Shown piece after piece: positions 30,339 to 37,669 of a DNA stretch of 64,000 bases. A program made the position numbers and the translations under genes. This DNA is from Candidatus Bathyarchaeota archaeon (lineage in GTDB: Archaea > Thermoproteota > Bathyarchaeia > 40CM-2-53-6): assembly GCA_963726255.1 (NCBI GenBank), contig CAVSBL010000002.1, positions 96,001 to 160,000 of the forward strand, written 5' to 3'. The stretch's first letter is position 1, and each line of letters starts with the position of its first letter. The notes beneath the pieces are model-generated. The model saw nothing but the letters and a program-made list of their open reading frames with translations. It made no database searches and was not told the origin of the DNA.

Positions 30339-30370
30339 AGTGTGTGTGGGTCTGATGGTGCGCACACACT
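30339..30370 (-). repeat. Motif B copy 2 (inverted)
   Basis: agtgtgtgtgggtctgatggtgcgcacacact. Confidence 0.8.
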
Positions 30371-30578
30371 CCAGAGTGCAACAGGAAAGATTGTATTCGT
30401 CCGTAATAGTCTATCAGGAGCAAGAGAATTGCCTTCCTCGGGACCACACGGTTCGGACACCCTGGTCTAATCTTTTGTCCAGACGAGAGACACTTTCCCG
30501 TTAATTAGCAATGAAAAGGGACTATATGTGGTCAGTTCGATTTTCATTGAATCAACGCAAAATGACCCCCGATTTGCA

Positions 30579-30610
30579 TTTTAACCAACACTATAGCGTG
30601 CTCTAAAATA
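30579..30610 (-). repeat. Motif A copy 3 (inverted)
   Basis: Reverse complement tattttagagcacgctatagtgttggttaaaa, 27/32 identical to 24496-24527. Confidence 0.8.
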
Positions 30611-30630
30611 CTTAAGGCATCGGGGTTCGA

Positions 30631-32307
30631 TTGCACGAAACGAGAAGACCGGGGTTGCCCATTTCAGCGCGGCCACTTTTGACGCTGCTCGTCTGCATAG
30701 TCATCGCTGGCCTTTTCATCCCAACTGTTCGTGCGCAGGCAACTTACGCGGTTTCAATAACAATCGCGGGCCTCCCCACCACAATTAGCACGAATGTCTA
30801 CGTCGACGGGTCATTCAATACGACGATGGTCGGTGGCCAGACAAGCTCCTTCAGTTTCGCAACTTCAAACATAGGCCATGTGATTACGGTAGACTCCTAC
30901 ACCCCAAGCAGCATCGGTGCAAACGGCACCCGATACTATGAGCAAGAAGCATCATGGGGTTTCAGCGCGTCAGGAAACCATGTTTTCACCTACACGGCGC
31001 AGTACTATCTTACTGTACAGTCATCCTACAGTACTGCGACCGGTCAGGGATGGTACAACTCCGGTGCGTCAGCACAGGCAACTGTTCAAGATCGTCAGAT
31101 TGACGAAGGCCAGGGGACGCGGCAAGTATTTGCTGGCTGGTCGGGAGATGCATCTGGCACCGATACGAGTTCGAATAGCATCCTGATGAGCGGGGCAAAA
31201 ATTGCCATAGCGAACTGGAAGACACAGTTTTTCTTGACGGTTGAATCGGACCCGCCCAATGTCTCGAGTCTTGCCGGTTCTGTGTGGTATGATTCAGGGA
31301 GTCAGGCTACTTTCTCAGTAAATGCGATTGTCACGGCCACAGACAATACGCGGCTGAAGTTTGATCACTGGAGCGGCGATTACACAGGCCAGTCGCTGAC
31401 CGGCCACATAGTGATGGACAGGCCGCATACAGTTAAGGCCAATTTCCTCGCCCAATACCTACTTACCGTTCAGTATGATCCCGCTACCATTTCAACCAAA
31501 TACAATGAATCTGATGCGGGCTGGTATAATGCCAACGCAAACGTTCAACTTGGGCCGGCTCCCTTGACCCTCGATTTGAGTTCCATCGAACGGCTTCGTT
31601 TCGTTGGGTGGGTTGACAATGGATCATCTTTCCCGACCCCATCGTACACGGTGGTGATGGATCAACCGCGTACAGTCACCCTATCGTACAATACACAGTA
31701 CTACGTGGACGTCCGTTCTTCGCATGGTTCAGTTTCCGGTTCGGGATGGTACGATCGCGGGGCGTCCGCGAAGATTACTGTTCTGGCGGACGGACAAAGT
31801 TGGCCGATAACATACGCTCTCACCGGTTTGCGGCTCGACCCACCAACGGGGGTACTCCAGAAAACTGGTGATTCGTGGAACCTGACAGTCGACAGGCCAT
31901 ATGTTGTTGAAGCCCAGTGGAGCTTTGACTACTTCCCGCTGATCGCAATACTTGGCGGTGGAGGACTAGCAGCCATTCTCAGCGTTGGAATCGTACTCGC
32001 GTATAGGCGAGGTGTTTTCAATCGCAAAGCGCAAAAATTCCACCCACCAGTAGGCTCACCCACGCTCGTCGCCGCAACGCAGGTTTGCAGCACGTGTGGG
32101 AATCTTGTGCCGAAAGGCGCATTTTGTGAAAAGTGCGGCGCGCCGTTGGAAATGCCCGCGGCTTCATCAGACGAAAAAGTATTCGATTACATCGTGAAAC
32201 ATGAAGGTGTCATATCATTAAGCAAGGCTTCATCCGATCTCGGAATTCCTGTGGGCGAACTCAAGGAAATAACGGAGCGGCTGAAGAGTCAGGGGCGCCT
32301 GACCTAA
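30631..32307 (+). CDS. Single-pass membrane protein: extracellular beta repeats, TM, cytoplasmic zinc ribbon and winged helix
   Basis: Repeated QYYLTV...GWY..G...F.GWSGD units (InlB B-repeat/thermopsin-like); CSTCG...CEKCG; C-terminal wHTH-like segment. Confidence 0.8.
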   Translation: MHETRRPGLPISARPLLTLLVCIVIAGLFIPTVRAQATYAVSITIAGLPTTISTNVYVDGSFNTTMVGGQTSSFSFATSNIGHVITVDSYTPSSIGANGTRYYEQEASWGFSASGNHVFTYTAQYYLTVQSSYSTATGQGWYNSGASAQATVQDRQIDEGQGTRQVFAGWSGDASGTDTSSNSILMSGAKIAIANWKTQFFLTVESDPPNVSSLAGSVWYDSGSQATFSVNAIVTATDNTRLKFDHWSGDYTGQSLTGHIVMDRPHTVKANFLAQYLLTVQYDPATISTKYNESDAGWYNANANVQLGPAPLTLDLSSIERLRFVGWVDNGSSFPTPSYTVVMDQPRTVTLSYNTQYYVDVRSSHGSVSGSGWYDRGASAKITVLADGQSWPITYALTGLRLDPPTGVLQKTGDSWNLTVDRPYVVEAQWSFDYFPLIAILGGGGLAAILSVGIVLAYRRGVFNRKAQKFHPPVGSPTLVAATQVCSTCGNLVPKGAFCEKCGAPLEMPAASSDEKVFDYIVKHEGVISLSKASSDLGIPVGELKEITERLKSQGRLT

Positions 32308-32738
32308 AAGAGCGAGAAGGGGGAACGGGCCTGCTGCTCACTCGCAACCGCGTATTGTCCGAGTGGAGCGCCTAGTTTGGGAGCTAATCCCCAGTAACAT
32401 TCTGTGCAGAGGCTTAGAGCCCCGTATTGCCTGTTACAGGCTGCGCAAATCGACCTGCCGCATCTTGAACATATGAACGATGATGGGAGCTCAGAGTGAT
32501 AGTAGCAGCTTCCCTGTCTTTGGCCCTGTCTTGAAACGTACGTGGACGGAGCGATTGGAGCGACCGGAGTTGGTTTCATGGAGGGAGTTAAGGGCGATCG
32601 CACTTCAACCTTCACAGGTGGTCCACGGGAAACCATCGCACCGCATTTGAAACAGTACTTTGCATCCCCAGAGTTGGGTGAGCCGCAAGCCGGACACATC
32701 GACATGCTGAAATCCCAACATCCATTGGCATCAAGCAT
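32304..32738 (-). CDS. Zinc ribbon plus B-box-like zinc finger protein (start likely 32705)
   Basis: CPACG...CFKCG; CYYH-x7-CSRCGRSICAAC-x8-CTEC. Confidence 0.8.
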   Translation of the reverse strand: MLDANGCWDFSMSMCPACGSPNSGDAKYCFKCGAMVSRGPPVKVEVRSPLTPSMKPTPVAPIAPSTYVSRQGQRQGSCYYHSELPSSFICSRCGRSICAACNRQYGALSLCTECYWGLAPKLGAPLGQYAVASEQQARSPFSLF

Positions 32739-32861
32739 TTCTTAACGGTTGCTTAGGGCGGAAAGGGTTCGTCCATCCCAATTCGGCGTGAAATGTGGCA
32801 ATCCATGGGAGTTGGAATGACCCGCGTGCAAAAGTGTGACACGGTTATTACAAAATTCACA

Positions 32862-34106
32862 CTATGTAAGCCTTAGAATTGATTCGTGAAACTCTCCGTT
32901 CTTGTCTTCGCCGAGAACTCTGAGATAGTCCCCCCGGGCGATACCCTTTCCTAGCCTTGAATGCCCGTCAAGTAGTCTTGAACCCTCTGAAGTTTCCGCT
33001 AGGACGTTCAATGTTCCGGCTTTGATTTTGGTGTGATGGCGGATAGTTCCTTCCAAACTCTCCTTCGAACTATGGGCAACCTCGAACGGCAAATCAGCCC
33101 GTTGGGCAGGTTCTCTAGTCGTCCCTTCCTTTCCGCACACGAAGCATTTCTCACCACGTTTCAAGTCAATCGGGGTGTACCGATTATTCTTCAAATCCAT
33201 GAACAAGACAGATCTGAGGGGTTGACCGCTGGTTCCAGGCCATTTTGCGTTCGCCCGGTATTCCTTCATCCCTAGGATCAGCTTGATTGTTTCCTGGGCA
33301 AGTATTGATGAGACCAGTGAAATCGTCGTTGCAAAGGATGGAACGGCCTCCTGCTCCAACGGTGCATCACATGGGTTTCGTAAGCCAACGATCTTAGAGT
33401 ACTGGTTGGGCGGAAACATGCATACAGGGCACGCATCGTCGGGCGGTAGATAGACATGTACTCTACCGTTCAGCCCGGTGATTCCCCCGTCAACTAATGG
33501 GATGGAGTATTTTCTGCAAATCTGAGTTAGGAAAATTCGCGAGACGACATTGTCGAGCCCGCAAACAACTACGTCCGAATCCAAATAGAACTTCAGAGGC
33601 ATCTTCTCGAGGTCGCCCCTGAAGGCAATCGTCTGAACGAAAGGGTATTTTCTGTGGAGGTTTCCTGCCAGAACCTCGGCCTTATTCCGTCCTAGGTCGT
33701 TTTGTTGAAAGAGCACCATGCGGCTAACGTTAGACATTTCGACAATATCCCGGTCTACAATGAAGACTCTGCCGACTCCTAACATGGCTAGGTTCTTGGC
33801 CACCTCGTTCCCGATGGCGCCGGCCCCAGCGAGTAGCACCGATGAATCCCTTATTCTCCGCTGGCCTTCTGGCCCCCAAACGAGCAAGTGTCGCGCCCAA
33901 AGGTAGTCAACGGTCACTTTGCCCTTGATTTTCGACAGTCGGCTTTGTTCCGGGAGGAGTTTGCCGCCTGCCAGCAGATTGGTGAGATCTGGTTCAATGC
34001 CTAGTTTCTTGCAAATTATTTCCTTGACGTCCTTCACCGTCTTGTTTGGGTTCAGCTCCACTTCGAGCTCTTTGTAGGAAGGGAGCGAGGCTCTTATGCG
34101 CATCAA
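32862..34106 (-). CDS. Ubiquitin-activating enzyme E1 (ThiF/MoeB fold) with an N-terminal ubiquitin-like domain
   Basis: N-terminal beta-grasp pattern (TVKDVKEIICKKLGIEP...LLAGGKLL); GAGAIG, DRD..E.SN.SR, GLDN; CPVC/CFVC zinc pair; putative catalytic Cys in RNPCD. Confidence 0.9.
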   Translation of the reverse strand: MMRIRASLPSYKELEVELNPNKTVKDVKEIICKKLGIEPDLTNLLAGGKLLPEQSRLSKIKGKVTVDYLWARHLLVWGPEGQRRIRDSSVLLAGAGAIGNEVAKNLAMLGVGRVFIVDRDIVEMSNVSRMVLFQQNDLGRNKAEVLAGNLHRKYPFVQTIAFRGDLEKMPLKFYLDSDVVVCGLDNVVSRIFLTQICRKYSIPLVDGGITGLNGRVHVYLPPDDACPVCMFPPNQYSKIVGLRNPCDAPLEQEAVPSFATTISLVSSILAQETIKLILGMKEYRANAKWPGTSGQPLRSVLFMDLKNNRYTPIDLKRGEKCFVCGKEGTTREPAQRADLPFEVAHSSKESLEGTIRHHTKIKAGTLNVLAETSEGSRLLDGHSRLGKGIARGDYLRVLGEDKNGEFHESILRLT

Positions 34107-34696
34107 GAAGACGCTCGTCGTGCCCGTCCAGGGATATCGAACCTAACTATGTCATCTGCGCCTAAAGATTTGGCCAATTCGGGGACAGGGACTACGTTGA
34201 AGCGGACAATATCGTTGGCTTCCTTATTCGTCGGCCTAGCTTTCGTCATCTTGGGAAATCCGTAGGAGCGACAAACGCCTGCTGCTTTGAGCGCCCGGGG
34301 GTTATCAAAAACACTCTGAGGGTTTGGATCCGTCAGAAGGTAATGTAACGCGTTGACGACAGATACGAGTTTCAGCCTGGGGTCCCATTTTTCTCCGAGT
34401 ATTGAAACGCATACGGCATTCGGTATTTTCGGGACTATGTTTGGATGGGCGATTTCCGTAAGCCAGGTAGCCACGGGTGGCTTCAACGGGTATTCTGGGG
34501 GAATATCAAGTCTGAAGCGGTGCCAATTCGTGTAATCCGTGAAGGGCCAGACTCCCTTCTCGGACAGCTTCATGACTTCCCCTTTCTCGCAGCGAATGAG
34601 CCCTTCGAATTGAGTAGGTGGGTCGTCGATGGCAGTGATTGTAGGGAACTGATGGTTGAGCAGGCTCTTTTCCTTCAGCAGCAACGAGACATCCAA
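34103..34696 (-). CDS. Ubiquitin-conjugating enzyme E2 (UBC fold)
   Basis: IPPEYPLKPP, HPN motif, catalytic Cys in AVCVSIL, WDP, LLTDPNP. Confidence 0.92.
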   Translation of the reverse strand: MDVSLLLKEKSLLNHQFPTITAIDDPPTQFEGLIRCEKGEVMKLSEKGVWPFTDYTNWHRFRLDIPPEYPLKPPVATWLTEIAHPNIVPKIPNAVCVSILGEKWDPRLKLVSVVNALHYLLTDPNPQSVFDNPRALKAAGVCRSYGFPKMTKARPTNKEANDIVRFNVVPVPELAKSLGADDIVRFDIPGRARRASS

Positions 34697-34707
34697 ATCT
34701 AGCCAGC

Positions 34708-34974
34708 CTACCCGCCGATGATGTTGTATGGCATGAGTGCAAGCTGAGCATTTTCAGGAATGCCTAATCTTGCAACGGTGGTACTCTCGTCTAGTATCGC
34801 GCCTCCATACATGAGAGCCACGGTGCTCGGGTCAACGTTGAACGATTGGCAGACCTGTTGCTTTATTTCCGCAACTGTATGGTCTGGGATTACATCGATC
34901 TCCGCTAGGCCAGTCTGGGGGCCGATGGGCGCTTGGACGAACAGTTTCATTTGTCGTGTTTCACCTCCACTCAT
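34708..34974 (-). CDS. Eukaryote-like ubiquitin-fold modifier ending in Gly-Gly
   Basis: MKLFVQ...TVAEIKQQV...LMYGGAILDESTTV..LGI...L.L....IIGG-stop; Shine-Dalgarno-like ggaggtga before the internal ATG at 34950. Confidence 0.9.
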   Translation of the reverse strand: MSGGETRQMKLFVQAPIGPQTGLAEIDVIPDHTVAEIKQQVCQSFNVDPSTVALMYGGAILDESTTVARLGIPENAQLALMPYNIIGG

Positions 34975-35160
34975 GCTGGGCCTTCATTTTCGCAGATGAG
35001 CTTAAACTGTCTTGCTATGAATCGGTTGGTGCGTGAAGGTAAGGTCCTCGGCCCGGGCGGCTCTTGCTGGGTACATGGGGTGTATTGTGAGGCTGGGAGG
35101 CCGATTTGGTCACCTTCCGTTCCGGAGTCTTCGTGTAGCGTCGTGGTCTTCATATTCATT

Positions 35161-36315
35161 TTATTCAGCCAGCTGCGGTGCGGAACCCTTTGAACCGCGA
35201 ATGATGAGTCCGATTGAAGCGACCTCAATCCACAACAGTATTGATCCGATGGACAGTCTATCAGCAAGACCTGCGTACGGGGCGGAAATCGAGACGAGGC
35301 CGAGGACACCCAGGGTAAGCGCGATTGGTAGCATTACGATACTGAAACGGTCGTAGCCTTTCCAACGTGGGTCGAGACGGAATTGTAGCCAAAAGAGAGC
35401 AATCGCTGCAAGCGAGAAGAATGCAATAATTCCTGTGATGACTAAGTGCAGCATGCCCAATACAGCGAACGGAGGACTGGCGGTATAATCTTGCGGGAAA
35501 AGAAAGAGAACCAGGCCCCCAGCGCCTGCGGCGACTAGGAACGCCGAACCCCAAATGTGTCTGGCTTCTTTCTGGATTCCATAGTATAGACCAACCGCCA
35601 GAAGGATCAAGCAAACATCGTAGAAGGCGAAAAGAGGCACCATTATGACTTGGTTAGGAGCACGTGAAGAGAGAAGAGTACTCACCGTCTCGCTATAGTG
35701 TGAGTACCCAGGCCACAAGAAACCGCCAATCAAGACGGCGGCGATATAGACAATAGGACCAACGGCTCCGAAGATTCCAAGTACGCGTATCCCGGAATTA
35801 GACTGCTTCACTTCGACTGTTGGTATCGCAGCAGGAGGCGCCGCTCTTGCCTCGGGCCGAACCGCCGCCGACCGCACGGTGTAGACTGTAATTCTTTCAC
35901 CAGGTATACGGACGGCTTGCCCACTCGAAGGCTCTACGCGAAAGAAGCCTACATCGCCGGTCGAGGCGTCTACGACCATTCCAGAAATGAGGGTTGAAAA
36001 CTGTTGGAGTACTGATTGCGTGGCGATGTCTGTTTGCGAGAAGAAGAGCCCACCATGGGTGTGTGAGTGGTACCAGCCGACAATATTGCCCTTTATCCGG
36101 CCGGTCACAATTCCGTCCGCAATTTCGGCCAACGCTTTCGATGAGAGGATTGCCCGGTGCGGCTCGGTGGCGGATTCACCAGTGACTGAGTCTTCGATTA
36201 TTATGGTATTGTCTTGAAACCGCCCTATCAGTACGCCGATTATTTCATTCTTAGTCGTGCGCGCAGCCCGGACTATTTTATCGTTAACGGGCTTCGCTAT
36301 GCTCACGTAGGACAA
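35161..36315 (-). CDS. JAMM/MPN+ metalloprotease fused to a DUF998-like multi-TM domain
   Basis: EIIGVLIG...GWYHSH-x7-S..D JAMM motif; C-terminal PGYSHYSETVSTL and 5-6 TMs. Confidence 0.88.
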   Translation of the reverse strand: MSYVSIAKPVNDKIVRAARTTKNEIIGVLIGRFQDNTIIIEDSVTGESATEPHRAILSSKALAEIADGIVTGRIKGNIVGWYHSHTHGGLFFSQTDIATQSVLQQFSTLISGMVVDASTGDVGFFRVEPSSGQAVRIPGERITVYTVRSAAVRPEARAAPPAAIPTVEVKQSNSGIRVLGIFGAVGPIVYIAAVLIGGFLWPGYSHYSETVSTLLSSRAPNQVIMVPLFAFYDVCLILLAVGLYYGIQKEARHIWGSAFLVAAGAGGLVLFLFPQDYTASPPFAVLGMLHLVITGIIAFFSLAAIALFWLQFRLDPRWKGYDRFSIVMLPIALTLGVLGLVSISAPYAGLADRLSIGSILLWIEVASIGLIIRGSKGSAPQLAE

Positions 36316-36370
36316 AGCCTACACCAAGAAACCGGAAGGAGACAAAAAATTGGGAATGATTATTGTGCCG

Positions 36371-37144
36371 CTAGCGTCCTAGCATGCCGAGTATTCCACC
36401 CAGCACGCCCAGAACGAATCCGGCCACGAAGCCACCGCCGATCAACAGGCTCAAGACCGCAAGTGGAAAGACGACTATGCTGCCTATGGTTCCGTATCCT
36501 AGTAGCATCAGTATTGACCCGATTACCAGTATGAGCCCGATTATCGCTCCTATAGCGAACGTCAAACTCGCCGGGCCAACAGCTGGCAACCAGAAGAAGA
36601 CGCCTGTCCATAGAGTGTAGAAGCTCGGTGAAAGCAAAGCTGCTGCGTTAAGTATCACAAGTATACCTGCGATCATTGCTAGTATGAAGCCCCAGAGCGC
36701 TCTCGGGGGAGCAGGTTGGTAAAGCGGGGGCAATGGTCCCATGAAGGGAGCCGGCGCTGCCATTGGGGGTGGACCGTAGGCGGGTTGCATAGGTGGCATT
36801 TGCATCGATGGCATTTGCTGTTGTGGAGCTGCTACCATCGGTACTACGCCTTGGTAACATTGCGGACAGAGTACAAGGTCCATGTAGGCCTTCGAGTCGT
36901 CGCGGCAGATTGCTCTTCCACAACGGTTGCAAACATAGACGGCGGGTAGGTTAGGGTGATAGTAACATTGGCCAGGTGCTGGAACCCTGATCGGGCTGCC
37001 AGGGCTGACAGGTGTTACAACGCGGACTGAAGGGACTGGTTTGAGCATGGGTCCTGCTGCGCCTGCGAGCGATGAGCCACAGCTTGAGCAGAATGCTGCG
37101 TCGTCGCGGTTGTTGTAGCCGCATGCTGGGCATTTTCTGACCAT
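36371..37144 (-). CDS. Zinc ribbon, B-box-like finger, Pro/Met-rich linker and C-terminal TMs
   Basis: CPACG...CSSCG; CYYH-x7-CNRCGRAIC...CPQC; 3-4 hydrophobic helices; Shine-Dalgarno aggagg upstream. Confidence 0.8.
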   Translation of the reverse strand: MVRKCPACGYNNRDDAAFCSSCGSSLAGAAGPMLKPVPSVRVVTPVSPGSPIRVPAPGQCYYHPNLPAVYVCNRCGRAICRDDSKAYMDLVLCPQCYQGVVPMVAAPQQQMPSMQMPPMQPAYGPPPMAAPAPFMGPLPPLYQPAPPRALWGFILAMIAGILVILNAAALLSPSFYTLWTGVFFWLPAVGPASLTFAIGAIIGLILVIGSILMLLGYGTIGSIVVFPLAVLSLLIGGGFVAGFVLGVLGGILGMLGR

Positions 37145-37560
37145 TTTCCTAATTAGCCTCCTTTAGTTAATTTAACTCGGAAATACGCTGCCGTCGTCAA
37201 CGCACTTAAGCGTTTGCTTAACTATTGGCAAATTGGTGAATGATAAAAGCGCAATAATACCATTTTTTAACGCAAAACGTTGTCACTGGGTCTAGAGACC
37301 CCGTTCTCTTGTTACTGGTATACCTGTAATAGGGGTTTTTCACTAATGACACCATGTAGTTCCGTTTAGAACGCTTGTCACTCAGAAGAATGTCCGATCG
37401 CCTAGTCGCCCAGCGAGTTATCCTTCGGAGACAAAGTTCTCAAGAACTGAGTAAGGTTCTATCAACCTTGTCGTTATTCTACACGACTTCTCTTCAGAAA
37501 TGCCGGGTGTCTTCTCAGCACATATTTAGCGAAGTTGTGTATAGGGCAGCCCGCTCGAAG

Positions 37561-37669
37561 GCCCCGGTGGCTCAGCCTGGTAGAAACAAGACAACGCCAA
37601 AAGCGCCGCCTTGGTAACGAACAGACAAAGAGGCGAAGGTCGTGGGTTCAAATCCCGCCCGGGGCTCCA
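37561..37669 (+). tRNA. tRNA-Thr(GGT) with two introns (D-arm 37584-37601; canonical 37617-37630)
   Basis: GCCCCGG/CCGGGGC acceptor stem, T discriminator, CCA; CCGCC-TT-GGT-A..A-GGCGA (one C:A mismatch); TTCAAAT T-loop. Confidence 0.9.

Noticed and set aside
34708-34974. SAMP/MoaD/ThiS sulfur carrier
   Set aside because: The sequence pattern is ubiquitin-like and the gene is followed by a clear E2, which SAMP systems lack.
37286-37330. Short palindromes (gggtc-taga-gaccc; ttac-t-ggtatacc-t-gtaa) upstream of the ubiquitin operon
   Set aside because: Short single-copy palindromes within chance expectation.
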